Shown here one piece after another: positions 17,360 through 25,117 of a stretch of DNA of 64,000 bases. The first letter of the stretch is position 1. Each line of letters starts with the position of its first letter. Below the pieces are notes generated by a model. The model saw nothing but the letters and a program-made list of their open reading frames with translations, ran no database searches and had not been told where the DNA came from. Source of the DNA: Bacillota bacterium (lineage in GTDB: Bacteria > Bacillota > Clostridia > Christensenellales > Aristaeellaceae). The stretch spans positions 16,949 through 80,948 of the forward strand of contig JAEZJP010000206.1 of the NCBI GenBank assembly GCA_023415715.1, read 5' to 3'. The position numbers and the translations under genes were made by a program.

Positions 17360-17608
17360 TTAGCTTTGCAGCTGCATTTTTGTCTGCCGGACCTCGTCGT
17401 CCTTTGCCATAATGGCAGGCTGGTAGTATCCTTTTGTCTGGGCCAATTTATATAGCTCGTATTGCGATGCCTCACACTTGTCCCTGATCTGCTGAATGGT
17501 GCTGCGGAGCATGGGATTGGCACATTCAGATATGGTGTTGGCATAAACGGTGAGGCTGCTTTTCACAGAGGCCAACGCGTCGTTGACCATTGCTTTTTCC
17601 TGGAACAT
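17360..17608 (-). CDS. CotF-type spore coat protein
   Basis: MVNDALASVKSSLTVYANTISECANPMLRSTIQQIRDKCEASQYELYKLAQTKGYY fits the Coat_F domain pattern. Confidence 0.7.
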   Translation of the reverse strand: MFQEKAMVNDALASVKSSLTVYANTISECANPMLRSTIQQIRDKCEASQYELYKLAQTKGYYQPAIMAKDDEVRQTKMQLQS

Positions 17609-17623
17609 GATTCTTTCCCTCCT

Positions 17624-17809
17624 TTATTGCAGGAACGACAGCAACTGCTGCTTTGTGTTTTGAGCATCCTGGGCGGATTTCTGGAAGTAGGCTTTTATCT
17701 GCGGGTCCGTTGCCTGCTGGGCATAGGCCTGCATCTTTTGATAAGCTGTGTCATGCGCACCGATGAGATGCCTTAGATTTTGCAGCTCAATCTGGTTCAA
17801 CTGCGACAT
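17624..17809 (-). CDS. small spore-coat-associated helical protein
   Basis: ORF 17624..17842. Start moved to MSQLNQIE after AAGGAG. It is the usual small partner found upstream of CotF-like genes. Confidence 0.5.
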   Translation of the reverse strand: MSQLNQIELQNLRHLIGAHDTAYQKMQAYAQQATDPQIKAYFQKSAQDAQNTKQQLLSFLQ

Positions 17810-18038
17810 AGTAAGGCTCCTTTCCATGTTTTGAAATTTCACTGTTAGTATTGCTTTTCAAAGACCGGTCATTCGCCTAAATGAAGATTTGGATGATTCT
17901 CATGTAAGTTTTATCAACAGACCTCATTTTTGAAATCAAAGAGGAATACAACACGCGGGTGCAAGAGATGGGGGGCTGACCACATTATTATTCTATGGCC
18001 CGAAAAACATGCATTGCAAGGCCTTTAATGCTAACGAA

Positions 18039-18078
18039 AACCACCTGTCAATAAACTTTCATTTATCAACAGGTGGTT
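18039..18078 (-). terminator. original (bacterial) terminator of tRNA-Arg(ACG), now attached to the displaced 3' fragment
   Basis: AACCACCTGT ... ACAGGTGGTT stem. On the minus strand it is followed by TTTTCG. Confidence 0.5.
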
Positions 18079-18079
18079 A

Positions 18080-18126
18080 TTTGGTGAGCCTGGCGGGATT
18101 CGAACCCACGACCTTTTGATTCGTAG
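18080..18126. repeat. attL: displaced 3' 45 nt of tRNA-Arg(ACG) plus 2 nt
   Basis: TTTGGTGAGCCTGGCGGGATTCGAACCCACGACCTTTTGATTCGTAG is identical over 47 bp to 58633-58679. Confidence 0.9.
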
Positions 18127-18158
18127 ATAAAACATCTAAGTATTCAAACCCTTATATA

Positions 18159-19409
18159 TCAAAGGGTTTTCAGCCTGAACACTTTGGGTTTACTGGCAGT
18201 TTTACTGGCAGTTGAAGAAAATTCGTTTTTCTCCAGATATTTTTCGAAAGATGCCAGGGAACCGGCCGCCTTCATTTCGGAAAGGTGCGTGTATATTTTT
18301 AGGGTAGTGGAGGCGTTGGAGTGGCCCATCAAACGCTGCGCGGTTTTGATATCAACGTTCGCTTCATAGAGCATTGTACAATAGGTGTGGCGCAGATCAT
18401 GGCAGCGGATGTTCACAAACTTATAATTCGGGCGGTCTTCTTCTTTCACCCAGCGATAATACTTGCCCCCATTGTAGGCAACAGAAAGGCGGTAATTCAC
18501 GCTGTCCCAAAGGCGGTCAAAAGCTATTTGGGTCAAGCACTTCCCTTTGGCACTTGCAACAATAGGGCCCTTATCCTTTTTCACGGCCAAGAGCGCATTA
18601 TACAAAGGCTTTACGATAGGGATTCTGCGGTATCCAGCTTTCGTTTTCGGAGGGGCGATCACGCACCTACCACCTTCAAACCTCAGGGATTTATTCACGA
18701 TGATTTTTTTATATTCCCAGTCAATATCAGTTTCCCAATCAAGGGCGCAGGCTTCACCACGCCGCAGGCCGGCGAACAGCATCAGCATGGAAAAGATCCA
18801 TCCACGGTGCGTATGCGGCATATCGCAGATCAGGTCCATTTCCCAATGCTCCAAAGCGCGGTGGGTATCTTCGGTACCTTCAGGCTCCTTCAGATCATCG
18901 CAAGGATTGTATAAAATGATGCGGTCCTTGCGAGCTGATTCAAAAAGAGAAAATAGAGTATTATATGTCCGCTTGATGGTGCTCTTGGACATGCCGGAAC
19001 GCAGATTCAATACCTGCTGCACATCGGTAAGCACAACATCCTTCACACGCTTTTCAATGCCCAATGTATCCACCAGCAGATTTACATCGCCCACATACGC
19101 CGCATAGGAGTTCGGTTCCACATCGGCCTTGTGGGTTTTAAGCCACTCTTTCCCCCATTGATCCACCGTTTTGCCAAGCTGAGAGACACGCAGGCCCGCT
19201 TCCAGATCGCGTTTGAAGGCATTTAGTTTTTGCTTTGCTTCGGCCTGGGTGGTGCCGTAAAACACCTTGCGGTCAGGCTTCCCATTCTCATCCTTGAAGC
19301 GCAGCTCCTTTTGAAAAAGCCCATCCTTGCGCGGAATCATGCGCTGTTTCTTTGGTTTAGCATCCTGCTGTTTTTGCGTGGGAAACTGAATGATTTTTGC
19401 TGCCGGCAT
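18159..19409 (-). CDS. int: tyrosine recombinase (phage integrase)
   Basis: C-terminal catalytic pattern GLRRGEACAL ... HDLRHTYCTMLYEANVDIKTAQRLMGHSNASTTLKIYTH (R..HxxR..Y). An N-terminal SAM-like domain is also present. Confidence 0.95.
   Translation of the reverse strand: MPAAKIIQFPTQKQQDAKPKKQRMIPRKDGLFQKELRFKDENGKPDRKVFYGTTQAEAKQKLNAFKRDLEAGLRVSQLGKTVDQWGKEWLKTHKADVEPNSYAAYVGDVNLLVDTLGIEKRVKDVVLTDVQQVLNLRSGMSKSTIKRTYNTLFSLFESARKDRIILYNPCDDLKEPEGTEDTHRALEHWEMDLICDMPHTHRGWIFSMLMLFAGLRRGEACALDWETDIDWEYKKIIVNKSLRFEGGRCVIAPPKTKAGYRRIPIVKPLYNALLAVKKDKGPIVASAKGKCLTQIAFDRLWDSVNYRLSVAYNGGKYYRWVKEEDRPNYKFVNIRCHDLRHTYCTMLYEANVDIKTAQRLMGHSNASTTLKIYTHLSEMKAAGSLASFEKYLEKNEFSSTASKTASKPKVFRLKTL
18189..18211. 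promoter_or_regulatory. tandem TTTACTGGCAG repeats (candidate integrase arm-type sites, P' arm)
   Basis: TTTACTGGCAG at 18189-18199 and 18201-18211. The same 11-mer pair recurs at 58498-58520, near the other prophage end, in the same orientation. Confidence 0.55.
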
Positions 19410-19521
19410 GGTGCTTCCTCCTTGATTATCAGATCACAATGCCATATAATGAGATGGCAAAGCCTAGTGACGGCCGGGGATTGCAAGCCCGCTTCGGTGT
19501 AGTGACCGGAGCGGGTATTAT

Positions 19522-20052
19522 TTATTTTTCAGGAGGGTATATCACTAACATCATTGTGTTTATTGGTGTAACAGTAAATTTGAAAATGAATCCATCTTTG
19601 TTAACCTCGCACACCTTACCAAACAGAGGGTCAGGTTCAATATTTTGAATTAGGTATACCAGTACAGCAAGAGATTTTTCAGCATTATAGCCGGAAAACG
19701 CCATCTGAAAACAAAGCATCATTTCAGTAGCTTTACTTTTCACATATGCATTGCTCGGGTCAAGAGATAACAAATATGATGTAAGGTGACCATCTGTATA
19801 CGTTATGCTGAAATCAAACCCATTTGATGGGGAATAGTTCACAGTAACAATCTTACTTCCGTCTTCATTATCATTGGATTCAATTTCAAAATCCTGACTG
19901 ACTGTGATTACGCCGTTTGTGTCAAGATATTTGTAGTAGTTATCAACCAAAGTCACATCATCAAGCGCAGGAAAGTTTGCTGGTTCGGCAAAGGAGACTG
20001 AAGAAAAGAGAAAAAGAAAAGCTAAGAATACCAAACAGGTTGACCTTTTCAT
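19522..20052 (-). CDS. secreted hypothetical protein (lysogeny-side cargo)
   Basis: Signal peptide MKRSTCLVFLAFLFLFSSVSFA. AT-rich by eye. Same strand as the integrase and repressor genes. RBS is GAAGGGGTG. Confidence 0.6.
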   Translation of the reverse strand: MKRSTCLVFLAFLFLFSSVSFAEPANFPALDDVTLVDNYYKYLDTNGVITVSQDFEIESNDNEDGSKIVTVNYSPSNGFDFSITYTDGHLTSYLLSLDPSNAYVKSKATEMMLCFQMAFSGYNAEKSLAVLVYLIQNIEPDPLFGKVCEVNKDGFIFKFTVTPINTMMLVIYPPEK

Positions 20053-20103
20053 ATGTACACCCCTTCTATCATCACGGCATCAAGGCCGTGGTAATCTACC
20101 TGC

Positions 20104-20265
20104 TCACCAACGGAATATCCAGAATCCATATGCCATGCGAACGACAACATACGTCCATGCGCCGCAGCCTTCGCATAAGTCAAGATCGCCGGAAAGAATG
20201 ACGTCACGTTTTGATAGGTCAGTGTTATTTAATTTGTTGTAACATTTCAAACAGTATTCAGCCAT
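20104..20265 (-). CDS. small CxxC...CxxC zinc-ribbon protein
   Basis: ORF 20104..20331. Start moved to MAEYCLKCYNKL... after GGAGAAG. Contains two CxxC pairs. Confidence 0.45.
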   Translation of the reverse strand: MAEYCLKCYNKLNNTDLSKRDVILSGDLDLCEGCGAWTYVVVRMAYGFWIFRW

Positions 20266-20488
20266 GATCACTTCTCCAATCATACAGAAAAACCCTAGTT
20301 TTACACATATTAATAAACAAAATACTTTCAATATGTTGATAATTATACTACAATACTAATACTAGAAATAGCCGGGAAGCGGGCGGTACCGATGGCCTGA
20401 TGTGTGCAACCCTGGGAACGCAATTGCGTAGTGAAGCGGAAAGAGGTACAATATACGCAAACAAGCGTTCGTGTATGGAGGTACAACC

Positions 20489-20599
20489 ATGGATTATAAG
20501 GCGGCAATTATCCAGTTACTTGATAAATTCGGGGATGAGAATACGCTCCAAAGAATCTATAAATTCATTGAACGGTTGTACTGTACAATCAAGGGGTAA
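20489..20599 (+). CDS. 36-aa hypothetical peptide
   Basis: Below the ORF-track cutoff. GGAGGT lies 6 nt upstream of the ATG. Reads MDYKAAIIQLLDKFGDENTLQRIYKFIERLYCTIKG and is followed by a hairpin. Confidence 0.35.
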   Translation: MDYKAAIIQLLDKFGDENTLQRIYKFIERLYCTIKG

Positions 20600-20604
20600 A
20601 AACT

Positions 20605-20626
20605 GCGGGCCGAATTAAAGGCCCGC
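20605..20626. terminator. bidirectional hairpin at the 3' end of the repressor gene
   Basis: GCGGGCC-GAATTAAA-GGCCCGC, with T-runs on both sides. Confidence 0.55.
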
Positions 20627-20983
20627 TTTATATATTTTTTCAATCATTTTTTTAAACATGAGCCATTCATCGTCGCCCAACTTTGCAAAGGCCTTCATAA
20701 TATTCTTGGCATATTCATTTTCACCGGCCATCACTTTATCTACAAGTTCTTCATCGGTATCAGGCGGGAGGTACATTTGGCCTATCCCGTCTTTTAACCA
20801 TGCGTAGCTGACACCATAGGTAGCACATATGAGCTTTATTATTGATTCAGGAGGTACAACCCTTCCAAGCTCAATATTGCTTATTGCATCACGAGATATG
20901 CCCATCTTATTACCAAATTCAAGCTGGTTTATCTTTGGTTTCTGAGCCTTACGTATCTCTTTTACTCTTTCGTGTATATTCAT
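20615..20983 (-). CDS. XRE-family HTH repressor (CI-like)
   Basis: INQLEFGNKMGISRDAISNIELGRVVP is an HTH_3 pattern. The ATG at 20983 lies 8 nt after GAGGTGG. The gene is divergent from the early operon. Confidence 0.85.
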   Translation of the reverse strand: MNIHERVKEIRKAQKPKINQLEFGNKMGISRDAISNIELGRVVPPESIIKLICATYGVSYAWLKDGIGQMYLPPDTDEELVDKVMAGENEYAKNIMKAFAKLGDDEWLMFKKMIEKIYKAGL

Positions 20984-21010
20984 TTTATATACCACCTCTT
21001 TCAGAAAGCA

Positions 21011-21039
21011 AGTATAACAAAAATAATTGTGGTAGTCAA
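21011..21039 (-). promoter_or_regulatory. repressor promoter (PRM-like)
   Basis: Minus strand reads TTGACT (21034-21039), a 17-nt spacer, then TATACT (21011-21016). Confidence 0.65.
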
Positions 21040-21105
21040 CACAAAAATATATAGTAATGTGTTGACACCGGAATTTTATTGTATTATAATTCGCATATCA
21101 ACACA
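21036..21105. promoter_or_regulatory. three TCAACACA operator half-sites
   Basis: TCAACACA at 21036-21043 and 21098-21105, with the inverted copy TGTGTTGA at 21058-21065. The first two overlap the two -35 boxes and the third lies just downstream of the rightward -10. Confidence 0.55.
21062..21090 (+). promoter_or_regulatory. consensus early rightward promoter (PR-like)
   Basis: TTGACA (21062-21067), a 17-nt spacer, then TATAAT (21085-21090). Confidence 0.75.
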
Positions 21106-21123
21106 TTATGTGAGGTGAAAACA

Positions 21124-21261
21124 GTGGATAAGGACGAAAAACAGAAAATTCTTGAGATGCTGGAAAAGCTTCCAAAGGAAGCGCAGCAGTTTATGCTCGG
21201 ATACGCGGCCGGCGTGATCGCCAAGAGCGCCGATCAAGATAACGAAAAAGACTGCGCGTAA
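21124..21261 (+). CDS. small early protein
   Basis: ORF 21079..21261 starts upstream of the predicted transcription start. The GTG at 21124, after GAGGTG, is the more plausible start. No HTH is recognised. Confidence 0.4.
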   Translation: MDKDEKQKILEMLEKLPKEAQQFMLGYAAGVIAKSADQDNEKDCA

Positions 21262-21317
21262 ACGGCCGCACTGTATCGACATTCATGATGTACACAAGAA
21301 AAGCGAGGAGGCAGAAA

Positions 21318-21629
21318 ATGAAAAAGGCATTCATGATTTCTTTGGTTATCATCCTGATGGCAATGGCAATGACAGCCCAAGGGCAAAGCGGATTCGCTGC
21401 GGATATCAGCGGACTGGTGCAGGACCTGAACAACGGCGCAATCGCAGTGGTAGAGATCAACGGGGAAATGGTTTTCGTGGTCGACGCCGATGAAGTGAGC
21501 CTATACATCCATGATCCGAGCACAAACGAACTGCAAAGCGTGAGCGTGGATGAACTGGAAGCGCAAGGCTTCAAACTCTGCTATGTGATCTATGACGATG
21601 TGTACCAGCTGGAAGATTTGATCAACTAA
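21318..21629 (+). CDS. secreted hypothetical protein
   Basis: ORF 21285..21629. Start moved to MKKAFMISLVIILMAMAMTAQG (signal peptide) after GAGGAGG. Confidence 0.55.
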   Translation: MKKAFMISLVIILMAMAMTAQGQSGFAADISGLVQDLNNGAIAVVEINGEMVFVVDADEVSLYIHDPSTNELQSVSVDELEAQGFKLCYVIYDDVYQLEDLIN

Positions 21630-21676
21630 AGAAGCGGAGGACGGTGGAGGAAGTACGGAAGAAGGGAGGAACGCAC

Positions 21677-21874
21677 ATGAAACCTTTATCTACGACAAAA
21701 GCGACAGAACAAACACAAATCGAACGTTCCGCTGATGAGATGGCTAGACGTATTGTTGAATTGGCACTTGAAAGTAAAAACGTCAACGAAGTTGTTAGGT
21801 TATCAGAAGCTCTCGTGAAACTGTCAGCAATTAATCAGAAGTTATGGCCGCTTAGCCAGATTCTGCAGAAATGA
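21677..21874 (+). CDS. hypothetical protein
   Basis: ORF 21644..21874. Start moved to MKPLST after GGGAGGA. Confidence 0.45.
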   Translation: MKPLSTTKATEQTQIERSADEMARRIVELALESKNVNEVVRLSEALVKLSAINQKLWPLSQILQK

Positions 21875-22411
21875 TATCGCTTCCTGTAATGCTTGCGGCT
21901 TAAAAAATACCCATAAAGCGGCGAATACAACACCAGCAAGCCAATACAGACCTTGCAAAACTTTCAACACGGCGCCATCCGGGTTGGCACCCAAGGAAGC
22001 AAACGATTTAGTGGGAAGGTAAACGATAAGGCTAATCCAGTACAGGGGGTTAATGGCATCTAAAGCACGTCCACGGTAAGTGCCGATGGCTTCATGAAAC
22101 CCGGCGTAAGTACCTTGAACATGCTCCTGTATCCTGGATGGATAGTATGCATACATACCAATAAACCCGGATACCGCATTTCCATATCCGGTAGGTTGCG
22201 TGAGATATAAACCCTTCTCCTTCACTCCCGCTGCCTTCATCATGCGTATGGTTCTATCCTTGGACCGTGCCAGCTTCTTATCCCAGCCAGTGTCGCTTGT
22301 TGCTACCCATTTCTCGTAACTGCTGCACTGGAGAGCAAGATACCATGCGTTAGCCAGATTTATGATTCCCTTGGTAGCTACGATTATTATGGCATAAATC
22401 CACCACTGCAT
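21842..22411 (-). CDS. membrane protein encoded antisense to the early operon (candidate exclusion/abortive-infection factor)
   Basis: ORF 21842..22708. The first 99 codons look non-coding, so the start was moved to MQWWIYAIIIVATKG after GGGAG. Hydrophobic helices at both ends. The gene has its own promoter. Confidence 0.6.
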   Translation of the reverse strand: MQWWIYAIIIVATKGIINLANAWYLALQCSSYEKWVATSDTGWDKKLARSKDRTIRMMKAAGVKEKGLYLTQPTGYGNAVSGFIGMYAYYPSRIQEHVQGTYAGFHEAIGTYRGRALDAINPLYWISLIVYLPTKSFASLGANPDGAVLKVLQGLYWLAGVVFAALWVFFKPQALQEAISFLQNLAKRP

Positions 22412-22436
22412 TATACACAACTCCCTTCTGTCCCAA

Positions 22437-22465
22437 ATAATACCACGGATAGATGGGACAAGCAA
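22437..22465 (-). promoter_or_regulatory. promoter of the antisense membrane-protein gene
   Basis: Minus strand reads TTGCTT (22460-22465), a 17-nt spacer, then TGg-TATTAT (extended -10, hexamer at 22437-22442). Confidence 0.6.
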
Positions 22466-22640
22466 GGACACCAACGGAGGCGGTACCGGATGGGCTGCCA
22501 ATATGTGAACTTCATCCCCTGGGGCCGGGACGATGGGGCCGAACAATGCAAACTGGACGGCCAACAATGCGACAGATTGCAGCAGGGTCAATGCCGGTTT
22601 AAGCAGGTGAATGAAAAAAGCAAGCAGGGAGGCGCAGCGC

Positions 22641-22862
22641 ATGAACGATCCTTTGGAAGGATGGCCGACGATGATGAGCATCAATACGCTGGCCGACCTG
22701 CTTGACATCAGCTATGACACAGCACGGAAGCATGTACAGGATATGCCGCATACCAACGTCGGGTTCGGGACGCAACGGGAGAACCTGCGGGTGAGCAAAG
22801 AAGCGGTGCGGGCCAGGTTCTTCCCGGAGACGGTCAAGGCGAATCTTCGGATTGTGAGGTAG
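22641..22862 (+). CDS. HTH DNA-binding protein (excisionase/MerR-like fold)
   Basis: ORF 22611..22862. The ATG at 22641 follows GGGAGG. MSINTLADLLDISYDTARKHVQDMP is HTH-like. Confidence 0.55.
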   Translation: MNDPLEGWPTMMSINTLADLLDISYDTARKHVQDMPHTNVGFGTQRENLRVSKEAVRARFFPETVKANLRIVR

Positions 22863-22866
22863 GGGC

Positions 22867-23037
22867 ATGGAATTCTTGCAGTTGACACCGGAAGCGCAAA
22901 AACATGCGTATCAGGGGTACGTGAAGGCCATGGATGATGATCTGAACCGGGATCATGTGGTGTCTATGGAGGCCTACGGGCAGGAAGCCAACTGGGACGG
23001 GCTGGACTTTGATGCAGACGGGAACGCCATACCGTAA
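22867..23037 (+). CDS. 56-aa acidic hypothetical protein
   Basis: Below the ORF-track cutoff. The ATG lies directly after the upstream stop and a GAGGTAGGGG stretch. Reads MEFLQLTPEAQKHAYQGYVKAMDDDLNRDHVVSMEAYGQEANWDGLDFDADGNAIP. Confidence 0.45.
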   Translation: MEFLQLTPEAQKHAYQGYVKAMDDDLNRDHVVSMEAYGQEANWDGLDFDADGNAIP

Positions 23038-23078
23038 AAACCCTGAAATCCATGAAAGGGTGGCAGTGAAGGACTGGA

Positions 23079-23132
23079 CCTCCTACCGCCGCCTGCGGGC
23101 GGCACCTTCCCCTCCAGGGGAAGGCTTTGGGG
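23079..23132. repeat. double-hairpin repeat unit, copy 1
   Basis: CCTCCTACCGCCGCCTGCGGGCGGCACCTTCCCCTCCAGGGGAAGGCTTTGGGG. Hairpin 1 is GCCGCC-TGCG-GGCGGC and hairpin 2 is CCTTCCCC-TCCA-GGGGAAGG. Confidence 0.75.
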
Positions 23133-23204
23133 AAAACGGTGAGTGAAGGCCACCGATGATATAAACGGATTATCGGCCAAGTACAAAAGAAAGGAGGCGA
23201 AGGC

Positions 23205-23378
23205 ATGCAGAGCGCGCTTCCGCTATTCATTATCCCGGGCGCCGTGCAGCTGGCCCCGCCGTTCCCACTCCTGCGGCCGGAGCCGGATCAGCGCCGGCGA
23301 GTGATCAATCATCCTCCCTTCGAAGAGCAGAACCGCCCTTATGCTATTCGTTTCACCGTTTGCGCCACGGGAGGCTAG
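23205..23378 (+). CDS. 57-aa hypothetical (weak)
   Basis: AGGAGG lies 7 nt upstream of the ATG. The product is Pro/Arg-rich and low complexity, so this may be non-coding. Confidence 0.3.
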   Translation: MQSALPLFIIPGAVQLAPPFPLLRPEPDQRRRVINHPPFEEQNRPYAIRFTVCATGG

Positions 23379-23646
23379 GTACGCAGTAAGGAGTGAACGG
23401 GAAGAATGATATCCCGCCATGGCGCTCCCTTTGCCGGGCGGGTGAAAGCCTCCGCCACGCGGAGGACGCAGCGAGAACCACAACCATCAGCTGATGTAGG
23501 AAGTGAAGGCCCATGAAGAAGCTGACAAACAAGTAGAGAAAAAGGAACCAGCCAGCGGGCCTGACGGCCCAAACGATCTTCAAAATGTACAAGTCCCCGC
23601 CGCCATACAACATGACGGCGGGGATAAAACAAGAGGAGGGTCAACG

Positions 23647-23832
23647 GTGAAGGGAACGCCACTTCTCAGGGTTAAGGGGATTGCCCAGGACCTGGATGTA
23701 TCCGAATCGACCATCAGGCGGGCGATCAAGGAAAAGGAACTGGCTGCCATCAAGGTGCGGGGACAGTATAGGATCCGGCAGGATGATTACAGCAAGTACC
23801 AGGATACTTGCAAGGCCAGGGCGCAGGCGTAG
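23647..23832 (+). CDS. excisionase-family HTH protein
   Basis: ORF 23503..23832. The GTG at 23647 lies 6 nt after GAGGAGGG. LLRVKGIAQDLDVSESTIRRAIKEKELAAIKVRGQYRIRQDDYSKY fits the HTH_17/excisionase pattern. Confidence 0.65.
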   Translation: MKGTPLLRVKGIAQDLDVSESTIRRAIKEKELAAIKVRGQYRIRQDDYSKYQDTCKARAQA

Positions 23833-23863
23833 GAGCTGCGGACTATCACGAAGGAGGAAAAAT

Positions 23864-24250
23864 ATGAAAAAGGTTCTTTTGGTTCTCTGTTTGGTTGCCC
23901 TGCTGTTTGCACTGGTTGGGTGCACGGAGGCCCAAAGGGTATCCGAGAATGTATCCAAAGAGGCAGACAATTTCAATGTGACGCGCCGATTCATCGCAAT
24001 CAATGCACGCACTGACAAGCCAATCCTTGAGATCATCGGAAACATGTCCATACAGAAGGCATCAGATGGTGATGTGGATATCATTGTTGAGGTCGGGCCG
24101 GGCCTCTATAAAAAACATTTTGTCAGTCTAAATAGCTGGACGATCTATTCCGTCGAGGACATCAGTGGCGCGTACGTCGACAAGTACCACTATGAGGTCA
24201 ATATCTTGCCGGAAATGATCGTACCTATCACTTTTACCAACAGCCGCTGA
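23864..24250 (+). CDS. lipoprotein
   Basis: ORF 23681..24250. Start moved to MKKVLLVLCLVALLFALVGC (lipobox LVGC) after AAGGAGGA. Confidence 0.75.
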   Translation: MKKVLLVLCLVALLFALVGCTEAQRVSENVSKEADNFNVTRRFIAINARTDKPILEIIGNMSIQKASDGDVDIIVEVGPGLYKKHFVSLNSWTIYSVEDISGAYVDKYHYEVNILPEMIVPITFTNSR

Positions 24251-24286
24251 TGATGCCCAGCTTGGAGCCGGGAGAAGGATAAACAA

Positions 24287-24994
24287 ATGAATGAAAACGT
24301 TGGAAATATTGTGGTGATTGTAGGCATGCTCATGCTGATTGCCGGGGTATGCTGGGCGGCCATCTGGCTGCCGGGACGCAAGGAGCGGAAGGAAGCGCGG
24401 GAAAAAAGAAAACTGGAAGGGATGTTTCCGACGCCGCCAGGAAAGATTGCGACACCGCCTGAGAATGTCAAGCCGCGAATTCAGGTCAAGAAGGAAGGCG
24501 TTAAAGAATTAGGTGATGCGATGGATGTAGCGGCCATAGCGGCTGGAGAATTTGGAAAAAGTCTCAATGATACAATGCAGGCGCAGGATGAAGCCACGGA
24601 GGAAGTGGAAACCGTGGAAGCCTGCCGGCCACTGGATAAGCCAGATCTACCTGAGGTGGTGGAGGATGATCACCAGCAGCAGGAAGCCAGCAGCCACCTG
24701 GGATACGATGCGCAAGAGATTAATCCGGTGGACAAGCCCGACGTGGTGACCATCACCAATCCCATAAAGCTCAGCCAGCGGGAAGCACTGAAGGCCGGGA
24801 ACGACAACAGGGCAGCGACAGGGCAGGCACACGCGGAGCTTACAGCAATGGACCTTCGTGAAGAAGCCTTGAGCCAGGATGAAGTGGCAGCGCTTCACGG
24901 GTACGCCAACAGGGACAGCATGCGCCGGGCGCTCAAGCGGTACGGGTACGGGCTGGACGGGAAGAAAAAGGCGCAGGCACAGGAGGCGTCGTGA
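24287..24994 (+). CDS. membrane-anchored acidic hypothetical protein
   Basis: N-terminal TM segment (IVVIVGMLMLIAGVCWAAIWL), then a charged, acidic region. No domain recognised. Confidence 0.55.
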   Translation: MNENVGNIVVIVGMLMLIAGVCWAAIWLPGRKERKEAREKRKLEGMFPTPPGKIATPPENVKPRIQVKKEGVKELGDAMDVAAIAAGEFGKSLNDTMQAQDEATEEVETVEACRPLDKPDLPEVVEDDHQQQEASSHLGYDAQEINPVDKPDVVTITNPIKLSQREALKAGNDNRAATGQAHAELTAMDLREEALSQDEVAALHGYANRDSMRRALKRYGYGLDGKKKAQAQEAS

Positions 24995-24996
24995 TA

Positions 24997-25098
24997 ACTC
25001 CTTTCGGCGCTTTGCGCCACCTCCCTCAAGAGGGAGGCTTACGGGGAACTCCTTACGACGTCTGCGGGCGGCACCTATCCCACAGGTGGAGGCTTAAA
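24997..25098. repeat. double-hairpin repeat units, copies 2a and 2b (tandem)
   Basis: ACTCCTTTCGGCGCTTTGCGCCACCTCCCTCAAGAGGGAGGCTTACGGGG followed by AACTCCTTACGACGTCTGCGGGCGGCACCTATCCCACAGGTGGAGGCTTAAAT. They fill exactly the gap between a stop codon and the next RBS. Confidence 0.7.
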
Positions 25099-25117
25099 TA
25101 CAAAGGAGGCTGGGAAC

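Noticed and set aside
21842-22708. Full 288-aa version of the antisense ORF
   Set aside because: The first 99 codons have low-complexity, non-protein-like composition and overlap the promoter found at 22437-22465. The internal ATG at 22411 has an RBS, so the shorter product was called.
23499-23515. 17-mer GGAAGTGAAGGCCCATG shared between 23499-23515 and 25708-25724, with related GTGAAGGCC..GATGAT strings at about 22921 and 23143
   Set aside because: A single shared 17-mer in 64 kb is close to chance expectation. The flanks do not align, so this is not treated as a repeat family.
22955-23662. Several 60-95-aa ORFs on both strands (22955..23146, 22964..23230, 23223..23483, 23353..23613, 23375..23662)
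   Set aside because: They are Pro/Arg/Gly-rich translations of GC-rich hairpin sequence. They overlap one another and none has an RBS.
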